A stretch of DNA of 64,000 nucleotides from a virus. The stretch covers positions 1-64,000 of IMG/VR virus record IMGVR_UViG_3300033121_000149, one strand, 5' to 3'. The notes under the pieces are model-generated. The model saw only the letters and a program-made list of their open reading frames with translations. It did not search any database and had not been told where the DNA came from. This document shows, piece after piece, positions 37,340-46,578 of this stretch; position 1 is the first letter of the stretch; each line of letters starts with the position of its first letter. Made by a program: the position numbers and the translations under genes.

Positions 37340-38050
37340 GTGCAAAAATTAACCCATAATTTCACAATTGTTAATACAGACACTGACTCCATTTCTTTTT
37401 GTAAACAGGATATGTCATCTTATTCTGAAGATGAGATAAAATCACTATTAAACGACATTAATAGTATATTACCTGAAAAAATTAAAATGGACGACGACGG
37501 ATATTATGAAACAGTAATAGTTATTAAAACTAAAAATTATGTACTGTATGACGGTAAAAAAGTAAAGATAAAGGGTTCAGCACTTAAAGCATCAACTAAA
37601 GAACCTGCACTTAAAGAATATATTAATAAATGTATCGACATCATACTACACACTCGAGATATTGAAGACATTAAAACTAAGATGATTGAAACGTATGAAA
37701 CTTATGTTCACGAAATCATGACTTTAACAGATATTAAACGATGGTCTTCACGTAAAACTATTTCAGAAAAAACAATTAATAGTACACGATCTAATGAAAT
37801 AAAGATAATGAACGCTATTAAGGATATTGAATGGTCTGAAGGTGATCGAGTATATGTTTATTATGATAAACAAGAACAACTTAAATTGATTCAGAATTGG
37901 GTTAACGATCACGATAGAGTTCGTTTACTTGGTAAACTATTCGATACATCACTAGTGTTTGAAACTATATTACCTATTAAAGAAATGTTTATTAAATATG
38001 AACTAAAAAAGAACAAACACTTTTTATTGGAAAGAGGTTATGAAGTATGA
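37340..38050 (+). CDS. family B DNA polymerase, C-terminal part (motif C DTDS), GTG start, different frame from N-part
   Basis: IVNTDTDSISF motif C 13 aa from start; frame open from 37325. Confidence 0.65.
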   Translation: MQKLTHNFTIVNTDTDSISFCKQDMSSYSEDEIKSLLNDINSILPEKIKMDDDGYYETVIVIKTKNYVLYDGKKVKIKGSALKASTKEPALKEYINKCIDIILHTRDIEDIKTKMIETYETYVHEIMTLTDIKRWSSRKTISEKTINSTRSNEIKIMNAIKDIEWSEGDRVYVYYDKQEQLKLIQNWVNDHDRVRLLGKLFDTSLVFETILPIKEMFIKYELKKNKHFLLERGYEV

Positions 38051-38433
38051 CTAACGAAGAATTATTTGATGAATATTTTAACAAATTATATAACGAAGCC
38101 ATGCAGTTTAGAGATTGGCAAACCTGTGAAAACTTACTAGATTTTAAGGAAGTAATGAGGAGTTCATTTATAGCAGGGGCTTCAACTAAAGAAAAGAAGT
38201 CTGAACAAATTCTAGAACACTGTAATAAAATAGCTGACGCTGACGGTAAAGCATATAGCGACTTAAATAACAAACTAAATAAAGCAATTGAAACTCTTGA
38301 ATACTATGCTAATGGCAGTAGTTACGACAGTTGTGAAGCGAGCATGGTTTATTATTATTTATGGGAAGAACAGGATACTATAGGAAAAAGAGCACAAGAA
38401 ACATTAGATGAAATACGAGGAAAACATGAGTAG
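38047..38433 (+). CDS. hypothetical protein (128 aa)
   Basis: ATGA overlap. Confidence 0.55.
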   Translation: MTNEELFDEYFNKLYNEAMQFRDWQTCENLLDFKEVMRSSFIAGASTKEKKSEQILEHCNKIADADGKAYSDLNNKLNKAIETLEYYANGSSYDSCEASMVYYYLWEEQDTIGKRAQETLDEIRGKHE

Positions 38434-38668
38434 TGAGATACAACAATTAAAAGAAGGTAAAGCTTACAGACATTCAAATCCTACAACTCTATCAATAAAA
38501 ATTGTTAAAATAATTAAAGAAACAGATGTTGACATTTTAATAAATGTTAAGTATATTAATGATAAGGGTAATTGGATACAGTATCCGTATTCCAAGGATG
38601 GGACGGATACCCTTTTACTCAGTAAAGACGATTATAAAAATTGGACTAAGTTTAATATTGGAGGATAG
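38426..38668 (+). CDS. hypothetical protein (80 aa)
   Basis: GAGGAAAACATG. Confidence 0.5.
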   Translation: MSSEIQQLKEGKAYRHSNPTTLSIKIVKIIKETDVDILINVKYINDKGNWIQYPYSKDGTDTLLLSKDDYKNWTKFNIGG

Positions 38669-39649
38669 ATGGGACACTTTGTAGTAAAAAGCAAGACAAA
38701 TTTAGATAGTTTAAATATCGGAGACATTATTAATGAGTCTGATTTCGCTTCTTTAACACCTGAAGGTAACTTTGTTCAATTAGAATATATCGATAAGTCT
38801 GACTTCACTAGAGGTAATTTAGAAGTTAAACCGGGTATTTTCACTATTATTAAAGATATGTCTGGCTATCACTTAGAACCTACTAACTTCACTAAAGACG
38901 TTATTATGGAAGCATTTATTAACACTAAACAAATTACAGATAAAGCTGATATGTTTTTTGAGAATGCTCCTGTTTATAAGGAATTCGGATTTGATATTGC
39001 TAAACGTGGTATTTTATTATACGGTCCCCCGGGAACTGGTAAATCTACATCATTAGCTGCAATTGCTAATAAGTATACAGCTACTAATGATACTATTGTT
39101 GTGGTATGGAATACTGATAAATACGAAGCACATGAAATTAAAGACTTTATTAAAACATTTGATTACAATAAACACGGTGTTAAACGACTTATTTTAATAG
39201 CAGAAGATATCGGAGGAGTTGAAATCGATCAAGTGCGTATGCGTTCAGATAGTTCATTATTAGCATTACTTGATAATCAAGAAAAAACGTTTACGACAAC
39301 TACATTAATTATCGCTACAACTAACTACCCTGAAGTATTTATGGGTAATTTAACAAACAGACCTAATAGATTCGACGATAAGATCGAAGTAGGGTTTCCA
39401 ACAGCAGAAGCTAGACAATCGTTATTAAAGTTTTTTGATAAAAAGAACATGATCACAGAAGAAGCATCTGAATTAATAGCATCTAAAAAATGTGAGAAGT
39501 TTAGTCCAGCTCATATTCGTGAAATTATTGTTAGAGCCGCTATTCACAGAAAAACATTAGTAGAAGTAATTAATGAGATGTTAACGGAGATTAATCATTA
39601 TGAAAAAGCATTCCAAAAAACGAGATCCACTGGCTTATTTAACGACTAA
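38669..39649 (+). CDS. classic-clade AAA ATPase (326 aa), paralogue of 23726-24616
   Basis: GPPGTGKST, LILIAEDIGG, IIATTNYPE...NRPNRFD. Confidence 0.7.
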   Translation: MGHFVVKSKTNLDSLNIGDIINESDFASLTPEGNFVQLEYIDKSDFTRGNLEVKPGIFTIIKDMSGYHLEPTNFTKDVIMEAFINTKQITDKADMFFENAPVYKEFGFDIAKRGILLYGPPGTGKSTSLAAIANKYTATNDTIVVVWNTDKYEAHEIKDFIKTFDYNKHGVKRLILIAEDIGGVEIDQVRMRSDSSLLALLDNQEKTFTTTTLIIATTNYPEVFMGNLTNRPNRFDDKIEVGFPTAEARQSLLKFFDKKNMITEEASELIASKKCEKFSPAHIREIIVRAAIHRKTLVEVINEMLTEINHYEKAFQKTRSTGLFND

Positions 39650-40265
39650 TACGTTTTTAAAAATATACGGCTCTAGATTTAGTGCACATTGGTTTGTATG
39701 TGTTAATAATCATGAATATAGAACAAACTATTTTTATAATAAACTTTTCAAGAGAGAAGATATATTGACTAACTATGAAGCAGTTTTGTATATAGATGGA
39801 TAATCATAATTACTCAATCCTACATTTACTAACATGTTTAAGTTATGCAACTGTGCAGTTCTATAAAAACTATAATATAGGAGCTAGTGTATTTACTATT
39901 CCTCGACCTAGAGGACATATAATTAGGAGCAATGCTATAACTAAACATAGAGTCAACACACGTAATAAGTGTCTTAAAAAAGAATACAAAATAAACAGTA
40001 TATACATACTAAGAAGATTTTAATGAATAACATAATATCAATACAAGATTTTAAACGATCTAAATCATTGAAAAAAACTATAAACGAAGCAGAATTACTA
40101 ATGAGTGATATAGCTGTTACTTTAAATATATTGACTAAATACAAAGATTTTAGTATGATGAGATCAGTGATTAATGAACTACAAATTAAACACGATGAAG
40201 TATTTAGATTTATAATTAAGAAAAATAACGAATTAAAATCTATCGAGGAGAAATTAGATGGCTAA
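39600..40265 (+). other. three small ORFs (39600-39803, 39796-40023, 40023-40265), coding status uncertain
   Basis: Overlapping ORFs without clear RBS. Confidence 0.3.
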
Positions 40266-41418
40266 GTGGAATGAAAATGATATAAAACGTTTAATTAAAC
40301 TCAGGTTAGAAAGTAATTTAACTTGGGATCAGATGACTGAACACTTTCCCGGAAACTCTCCTAATGCTTTACGAAAAGCTTTTTATAGATATGAAGGTAT
40401 TGAGAAAGATTCAGACCCTTTAATTGAAAGTTTAAAGGCTGAAAAAAGAGCAAAGGTAGCCAAATCATTAGCTGTTAAACAGAATTTAACAGTTGTCAAT
40501 TATTTAGAAAAGAGACAGGACTTACTAAGTGAAATTAAAGACCTTGTTACTTCTACGAGATTTACTAAACCTGTTATAATTAAACCTAAGCTCGATAAAC
40601 GTAAACATAATATGACTATTGAAACAATGTTAACCGATTTACATTACGGTAAAAAATCTAAAACATTTAATGAGAAAATTTCTAGAGAACGTATGAAGAA
40701 ATTTGGAACTGTTACTTTAGATGAAATTAATAGATATTCAAAACATTATAACATTGAACGTATTATAACATTTTTAGGTGGTGACATAATAGAAAATGCT
40801 GATTTCCATGGTGTAGAATCCAGACGAGCATCTGAATTTGGTAATAGTGAACAGGTAGTTTTAGCGGTTAGATCCATATATGAAGATTATATTGTACCTG
40901 TAGTGTCAACAGGTATTAAATGTGATTTTATATGTGTAGCAGGAAATCATTGTCGAAACAGTACAGAGCCGACATTTCAAGATCCGGGTAGAGAAAGTTT
41001 ATCATATATTATATATAATATGTTAATGGATATGTGTAAGTTAGCTGGATTTAAAAACGTTAAATTTATTATACCAGACGGTGTTTTTCATGTTGATGAT
41101 ATATATGGTTCACCTATATTATATGAACACGGTGATAGAATGAAGGGAGGTATAGCAAGAAAGGCTGCCGAGTCTCATTTATCAAAAAGAAGTAAACAAG
41201 TAGGTAAATTAATTAGATTTGCACGTTTCGGTCATTATCATGAAAAAACAATGTTCGGTAGAGGTAGAATAATTTTTAATGCGTCATTATCAGGTCAAGA
41301 TGGATACAGTGAAATTAATGGATTCGATAGTGAAGCATCTTTAACTATAAATTATTATATAGAAACTAAAGACAGGACAGACCCTTTTTATCACAGTTTT
41401 CCGGTTTGTTTGGAGTAA
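40258..41418 (+). CDS. metallophosphoesterase (386 aa)
   Basis: DLHYG, GGD, AGNHC, HGD, GHYHE motifs in order. Confidence 0.6.
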   Translation: MAKWNENDIKRLIKLRLESNLTWDQMTEHFPGNSPNALRKAFYRYEGIEKDSDPLIESLKAEKRAKVAKSLAVKQNLTVVNYLEKRQDLLSEIKDLVTSTRFTKPVIIKPKLDKRKHNMTIETMLTDLHYGKKSKTFNEKISRERMKKFGTVTLDEINRYSKHYNIERIITFLGGDIIENADFHGVESRRASEFGNSEQVVLAVRSIYEDYIVPVVSTGIKCDFICVAGNHCRNSTEPTFQDPGRESLSYIIYNMLMDMCKLAGFKNVKFIIPDGVFHVDDIYGSPILYEHGDRMKGGIARKAAESHLSKRSKQVGKLIRFARFGHYHEKTMFGRGRIIFNASLSGQDGYSEINGFDSEASLTINYYIETKDRTDPFYHSFPVCLE

Positions 41419-41419
41419 T

Positions 41420-41767
41420 ATGAGTAGTAAAAAATCAATCACATTAAACATCAAAGGTACTGATTGGAAGTTTGTTTCATTAACAGCAAAACAATTTGAA
41501 AAGGAAAATCCTCCTGATAACGATGATTACATAGATCATGCTTGTGCTGATAATGAGAAACATACGGTTTTCTTTAAAAAAGAAATGATATCTGCACATA
41601 CTATTAGACATGAATTACAACATGTGCTAGTATTTGAAAGTCTGATAGAATCAAGTGATTTGAATGCACATCAGATGGAAGATTTATGTTGTGAAATAGT
41701 AGGTAAGCACAACAGAGAAATCGAAGCATGGACTATTCAGATATTAGAAGCATTTGCTAGGGGGTAG
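41420..41767 (+). CDS. HExxH motif small protein (115 aa)
   Basis: HTIRHELQHV. Confidence 0.4.
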   Translation: MSSKKSITLNIKGTDWKFVSLTAKQFEKENPPDNDDYIDHACADNEKHTVFFKKEMISAHTIRHELQHVLVFESLIESSDLNAHQMEDLCCEIVGKHNREIEAWTIQILEAFARG

Positions 41768-41769
41768 TA

Positions 41770-42459
41770 ATGTCTATAATTTCAATTTCAGGTAAAAAGG
41801 GTAGTGGTAAAGATACAGCAGCAGCTAGACTTATTGAAAATCACGGATTTACTCGATTCGCCTTTGCTGATATATTAAAAGATATGCTAACAAGTGTTTT
41901 TAAAATAGAACGAAAATACTTCGATGATCATGAATTAAAGGATAAACAATTCGATAGAATTACTGTTGACTTTTCAGACATAGATAAAATTAGAATGTGG
42001 TTAGAGGAAAGAGGTGTTGAAATTGACTATGTTATGCGTACAAACATGGAAAATGTTGGTCATGGTAGAACATTAGATACACCTCGTGAGATGATGCAAT
42101 TTATAGGTACAGATGTATGTCGTGATAATATTTCAAATGACTTATGGATCGATCTTACTATAAAGAACATGTTAAGCAGTGGTAAAAGATTGATAGTAGT
42201 TACAGATGCTCGTTATGCTAATGAACGTCGGGCTTTAAAAAAACTTGGTGGTATTCTTTTATTAATCAAACGATCTACGACAGATGGTAAAGACACTGAT
42301 AAAGAGTGGCAATATGACGATCATAAAACTGAGAATGATCTTGGCTTTGAAGATGACTACGATGTTGTTATCGAAAATAACAGCTCTGTTGGTCAATTAC
42401 AAGCAGATATCGGAATGTGGTGGACACTTAAAAAAGGTATCATCACAAGGAATAAATAA
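41770..42459 (+). CDS. deoxynucleoside monophosphate kinase (T4 gp1-like)
   Basis: ISGKKGSGKDT P-loop and VVTDARYANE resembling T4 dNMP kinase. Confidence 0.6.
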   Translation: MSIISISGKKGSGKDTAAARLIENHGFTRFAFADILKDMLTSVFKIERKYFDDHELKDKQFDRITVDFSDIDKIRMWLEERGVEIDYVMRTNMENVGHGRTLDTPREMMQFIGTDVCRDNISNDLWIDLTIKNMLSSGKRLIVVTDARYANERRALKKLGGILLLIKRSTTDGKDTDKEWQYDDHKTENDLGFEDDYDVVIENNSSVGQLQADIGMWWTLKKGIITRNK

Positions 42460-42460
42460 T

Positions 42461-43054
42461 ATGTTTACAAGATCATGTAAGTCGTGTGGTAAAATACTAG
42501 ATACATTTGATTATCATTACTGTAAGGAATGTCTAGTACATATTCCTGACATTAAAATGTTACCTGTAGAATTTATAACTACTGATAATACAGCAGGTAA
42601 ACCTATATTGTTAAACAGTAAAACATTAAAAGTCAAGAAATTACACGAAGATGCTATAATACCTTCGTTTCAATCTACAGGTGCTAGTTGTTTCGATTTA
42701 CATGCTTTAGAGGATTATGAAATAGCTAATGGCAGTACTCAACTAATACGTACCGGACTTTCATTTGAAATTCCTAAAGGTTATGAACTACAGATTAGAT
42801 CAAGATCAGGCATTGCTTTAAAGACTAAACTTCGTATAGCTAATGGTATTGGTACTATTGATTCAGATTATACAGGTGAAGTAAAAATTATTATGGATAA
42901 TATAGCTACAAACTTCTCGTATGAAAAGATAACTAAAGGTATGAGAATAGCTCAAGCTGCGTTCGTTAAAGTAGAACAACCAACTATTGAAGAAGTAACT
43001 GATATTAAAGAAACAGAAAGAGGTTCTGGTGGATTTGGAAGTACAGGAGTATAA
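42461..43054 (+). CDS. dut: dUTPase with N-terminal zinc ribbon
   Basis: CKSCG...CKEC then dUTPase motifs GASCFDL, RSGIALK, GTIDSDYTGE. Confidence 0.7.
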   Translation: MFTRSCKSCGKILDTFDYHYCKECLVHIPDIKMLPVEFITTDNTAGKPILLNSKTLKVKKLHEDAIIPSFQSTGASCFDLHALEDYEIANGSTQLIRTGLSFEIPKGYELQIRSRSGIALKTKLRIANGIGTIDSDYTGEVKIIMDNIATNFSYEKITKGMRIAQAAFVKVEQPTIEEVTDIKETERGSGGFGSTGV

Positions 43055-43324
43055 ATGACTAAATCATATATCGAAATAAAGCATATCATTCAAAGATTAG
43101 TACATGATCAAGGTAAACATTTAAGATTACTTAAAAAATGTATCAAGAAAACTGACAGATTACCTAGATCACTATATACTAAAGTATATAACGAAGAGAA
43201 AAAATATAACAAAATTCTTTTAAGATGCTTGCAAATCATTAAAAACGCTGGTAATATGGAAAATGTTAGTCGAGATAAAGTAACATTCGAGGCTTTAAGT
43301 ATAATAAATCATTACAAAAAGTAG
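43055..43324 (+). CDS. hypothetical protein (89 aa)
   Basis: ORF. Confidence 0.5.
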   Translation: MTKSYIEIKHIIQRLVHDQGKHLRLLKKCIKKTDRLPRSLYTKVYNEEKKYNKILLRCLQIIKNAGNMENVSRDKVTFEALSIINHYKK

Positions 43325-43331
43325 GAGCATT

Positions 43332-43718
43332 ATGGGTCGTAAACATCGGACCTACGCTAACTCAGATCAAAGGGAAGAACATGAAACAATCGATAAACTT
43401 AAAGCAGCTAATAAAAGACTTAAAAAGCAAGTAGAAGAACTAAAACAAGAACTAGCTACTTATGAAAAAGCTTTTAATAAAACGTCAAGGTTTTTAAAAG
43501 ATAACACAGAGGGCTTTTCAGTTCATGATGTGATTCAAGGTGCTAAACATGGGAAAACATTAGAAGAGATGCGTTCTGATTATAAACAAGTTAACGCTGT
43601 TGAAAAGTGTAATCAATGTTCTAAGTACAGCGTACGTAAATTAGCTGGTGGTCACGGATTTAACTTATTAATATGTGATAATTGTAAACATGTTGAAAAA
43701 AAGGTTGACAATTCGTAA
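43332..43718 (+). CDS. hypothetical coiled-coil/zinc-ribbon protein (128 aa)
   Basis: TAGGAGCATTATG; CNQC...CDNC. Confidence 0.55.
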   Translation: MGRKHRTYANSDQREEHETIDKLKAANKRLKKQVEELKQELATYEKAFNKTSRFLKDNTEGFSVHDVIQGAKHGKTLEEMRSDYKQVNAVEKCNQCSKYSVRKLAGGHGFNLLICDNCKHVEKKVDNS

Positions 43719-43748
43719 TATATTATTTATACTGATTATGATGGTAGT

Positions 43749-43865
43749 ATGTTAAAATTTATAGCGTTATTTGTTATTATATCGTTTTTAGCTTTTTTAA
43801 TTGTTATACCATATGCAGATAAAGTTGAAATGTTAGAGGATTTTTTTGACGATGACGGAGAATAA
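43749..43865 (+). CDS. hydrophobic minigene (38 aa)
   Basis: MLKFIALFVIISFLAFLIVIPY. Confidence 0.3.
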   Translation: MLKFIALFVIISFLAFLIVIPYADKVEMLEDFFDDDGE

Positions 43866-44298
43866 TAACGAAGAAGATAAAGAAAAACAATACCATAGAG
43901 AGTTAAAGAAGTTTTTAACTCCAGTATTACGTCGTGCTACGTATAGATGGAGTGCTCGTAATCAAGCCTTGACTAACGCTAGAGTGGAACGTGGGTTGTA
44001 TATGTGTGCTATGTGTCAAGGTGATTTTAAAAAAGATGAGGTATGTATAGACCACATCGAACCTGTTGTATCCGTCACTGAAGGTTTCACGAATTGGCAC
44101 GATTATGTCGTTCGTATGTTTCCATCAGTTGACGGTTTTCAGGTTTTATGTGAAGTTTGTCACGATCAAAAGACTATGGTAGAAGATTCTTTACGAGCTA
44201 CCTATAATGCTAAACGTAAAGAAGAAAAGAAACGTTTAAAGCAAGAAGAGAAAGAACGTAAAAAACAAGAAAAACTTCTAGCTAAAGGTAAGAAATAA
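43852..44298 (+). CDS. HNH endonuclease (about 148 aa)
   Basis: CAMCQ...CIDHIEPV...W...LCEVCHDQKT. Confidence 0.6.
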   Translation: MTENNNEEDKEKQYHRELKKFLTPVLRRATYRWSARNQALTNARVERGLYMCAMCQGDFKKDEVCIDHIEPVVSVTEGFTNWHDYVVRMFPSVDGFQVLCEVCHDQKTMVEDSLRATYNAKRKEEKKRLKQEEKERKKQEKLLAKGKK

Positions 44299-44480
44299 TG
44301 GATTGGATAGTAGACTGTAAAGAATGTGGACGTAAAACAGAAGAGACCTATATTAACGCTGTAAACGATCCATGTCCTGTTTGTGGTTCATGGAAAACTG
44401 AAGTTTATAAGAAATCAGTAGCTGAGTCTTTTAAAAAAGAATTTGACGAGATGTTAGATAAACATACAAAGGAAGATTAA
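44298..44480 (+). CDS. zinc-ribbon protein (60 aa)
   Basis: CKECG...CPVCG. Confidence 0.5.
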   Translation: MDWIVDCKECGRKTEETYINAVNDPCPVCGSWKTEVYKKSVAESFKKEFDEMLDKHTKED

Positions 44481-44481
44481 G

Positions 44482-44742
44482 ATGGAAGTAGTAATAGCAA
44501 TACTAGGTTCAATTCTTGGATTATTCCTATATAATAAATTTACTAAAACTAACACATTAAACGCTAATGATGGTGTACGTGAAAAATTAGATGATTTATC
44601 TAAATCGATTGCTAACATTGAAAAAGAGAAGATTAAAGAGGAGGCTAAACGTGAGTCTATTAAAGATGGGATTGAAAGAGATTCTAAAGACGTTAGTAGT
44701 GACGAGCTTGTTGATTTCTTTAATAATAGGAAACCTAAATAA
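44482..44742 (+). CDS. N-terminal TM + charged helical protein (86 aa); possible lysis accessory
   Basis: TM MEVVIAILGSILGLFLY then KE-rich region. Confidence 0.45.
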   Translation: MEVVIAILGSILGLFLYNKFTKTNTLNANDGVREKLDDLSKSIANIEKEKIKEEAKRESIKDGIERDSKDVSSDELVDFFNNRKPK

Positions 44743-45088
44743 TGCTTTGGCTGCGGAATCCAGTGTTGCCCTTCAGAAGGGTTCTCAAGCACCGTTCAGT
44801 GGGATTCTTATCTCAGAAGAGGTTGCTCAACAAACACGCAGGGATGTTATTGAACTCGTTGGTCAGCGGTCAATTAACGAATCGCTCAACAAAAGTTTAC
44901 AGTTACAAGATTTACAAATCCAGAAAGCTACAGACCAAATACAACTTTTAGAACATCAGAATAAACGATTATATGATTCACTCCAACAGGATAAATCTAT
45001 GAATAACTATGAAAGAGTTTTATGGTTTGGATTAGGGGTAATAGGTACAGGAGCCGCTGTTTACGGAGCAGGTAAACTATTGAGATAA
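44666..45088 (+). CDS. secreted/anchored coiled-coil protein embedded in +1 frame of previous gene (signal peptide, C-terminal TM); start uncertain
   Basis: Signal-like MGLKEILKTLVVTSLLISLIIGNLNNALA-AES; C-terminal VLWFGLGVIGTGAAVYGAG. Confidence 0.35.
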   Translation: MGLKEILKTLVVTSLLISLIIGNLNNALAAESSVALQKGSQAPFSGILISEEVAQQTRRDVIELVGQRSINESLNKSLQLQDLQIQKATDQIQLLEHQNKRLYDSLQQDKSMNNYERVLWFGLGVIGTGAAVYGAGKLLR

Positions 45089-45780
45089 TGAACAGTAGAA
45101 AAGATACTAAAGAACTATTAGAACTACTAGATACAACAGAAGAGTCAGATACCGACGAAGTGTTAGAGTATTTTGACGATGTTGTTCCATTTATATCTAA
45201 ATTCAACATACAACATGGAGAAAACACTGTAACAGGTGCTTTACTCTATAAATTATATCGATCTTATTCAAAAAATCCATTGACAGTTAATAAATTCCAT
45301 AATATAATGGTAAGATATTTACCTGACTCTATCTATGATTATTCACGTAAAAAAGGACATAGAAGAGTGTACAGGTTAAATTTAACAGCATTACGTGTTA
45401 GTTCTGAACTATTTAAACTAACAACAAAAAAGACTCAAAAACTGTTAACATCTGAACGCTTACTCAATCATTTTAGACAATTTAAAGATGAAGTAGGTTT
45501 GAAAGATGGAGATAAATGGGTAGAAGTTAGAGTTATTTATAAATGCTATAAACGATATTGTGCTAGTAAAAATAAACGTCACACATTAAGTGAAAGACGT
45601 TTTGGACAATTAATAGAAGTTCATTTCAAACATACACGTTTAAATGAGGTTTGCAAGTGGGTAAAAGCTACAGAGGAATATTTAAAGTATGTCAAAAAAG
45701 AAGAAATCAAGGATCTCCGTAAAAAAAGAAGAGAAGGTAAACTCAGACAAACCAACAAAACGTTTAAAAGAAAAGTATAG
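45088..45780 (+). CDS. hypothetical protein (230 aa)
   Basis: ATGA overlap. Confidence 0.55.
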   Translation: MNSRKDTKELLELLDTTEESDTDEVLEYFDDVVPFISKFNIQHGENTVTGALLYKLYRSYSKNPLTVNKFHNIMVRYLPDSIYDYSRKKGHRRVYRLNLTALRVSSELFKLTTKKTQKLLTSERLLNHFRQFKDEVGLKDGDKWVEVRVIYKCYKRYCASKNKRHTLSERRFGQLIEVHFKHTRLNEVCKWVKATEEYLKYVKKEEIKDLRKKRREGKLRQTNKTFKRKV

Positions 45781-46168
45781 AGCACTAAAACCTGAACTTA
45801 ATCTTAAATCTCGTTATGAAGAAATTGAAGATTTAGCTAGTTACGCTTCTACTTTATCAGATGAAGATAAAGCATGGTTAAACGCTTATGCTGAAGAGGA
45901 GATTTGTGCTAACTTTAAACACAAAGGTCCAAAACTTAATACAACAGTAGCAGATAAAAGAAGAATTTACAATAGAAATAATGCAAGAAATCGTTGTGTT
46001 TTTACTAAACAGAAAGCACAAGGTAAAGAGAATATGGATTATATTGAAGTAATGAAAAAACTAGAAGCAGGTGATGACTACTACGCTGAGTACTCTGACT
46101 TATTAGATTACTTAGAAGATTCTGTAGATGATTCTGGTTTATTAGATGGCTTAGACAGTTCTGATTGA
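45689..46168 (+). CDS. hypothetical K-rich/acidic protein (159 aa); 92-nt overlap with previous gene at A7 run
   Basis: ORF in +1 frame relative to 45088 gene. Confidence 0.4.
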   Translation: MSKKKKSRISVKKEEKVNSDKPTKRLKEKYRALKPELNLKSRYEEIEDLASYASTLSDEDKAWLNAYAEEEICANFKHKGPKLNTTVADKRRIYNRNNARNRCVFTKQKAQGKENMDYIEVMKKLEAGDDYYAEYSDLLDYLEDSVDDSGLLDGLDSSD

Positions 46169-46578
46169 GCTTGTTTCACTACATCATTTTTACTGCCTAG
46201 TTTTTCTAAAAGATCTTTGAAAATATTATTACCATTAATAGTGTTTAAATTTTCCAAACATGATTTTAACTCGACGCTACCTATTAAACCACCTATTATC
46301 TTAGAAACAGGAACCAAGTCATATGCTAAATATTTTTCAACAAGAAATCCAGTAACTACTGCTGTTTGATATACTAGACATTTTGTAACAGTTCTTCTTA
46401 ACGCTGCACTTGTTATTTTTTCACCACGTTTTCTAGCTGCCATTATACCAGTTATCAAATCTATGACGATTAGAATACCTACTGTTAACATCGTCGCTTT
46501 TATTGGTGCTAGAGCTGCTACTACTCCGACCATTACATGTTCCAAGTACTTCATCTTATTCCTCTTGTTCGTTCCCAT
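46108..46578 (-). CDS. putative holin (156 aa, 2-3 TM)
   Basis: TM segments VMVGVVAALAPI, LTVGILIVIDLITGIMAA; last gene of late operon. Confidence 0.4.
   Translation of the reverse strand: MGTNKRNKMKYLEHVMVGVVAALAPIKATMLTVGILIVIDLITGIMAARKRGEKITSAALRRTVTKCLVYQTAVVTGFLVEKYLAYDLVPVSKIIGGLIGSVELKSCLENLNTINGNNIFKDLLEKLGSKNDVVKQAQSELSKPSNKPESSTESSK

Noticed and set aside
37236-37342. T4 gene-60-style ribosomal hop joining PolB halves
   Set aside because: The codon before the stop is UCA with no matching landing codon. A GTG/GTG pairing would need a 104-nt hop with an intervening codon. No supporting take-off hairpin. Kept only as a remote possibility.
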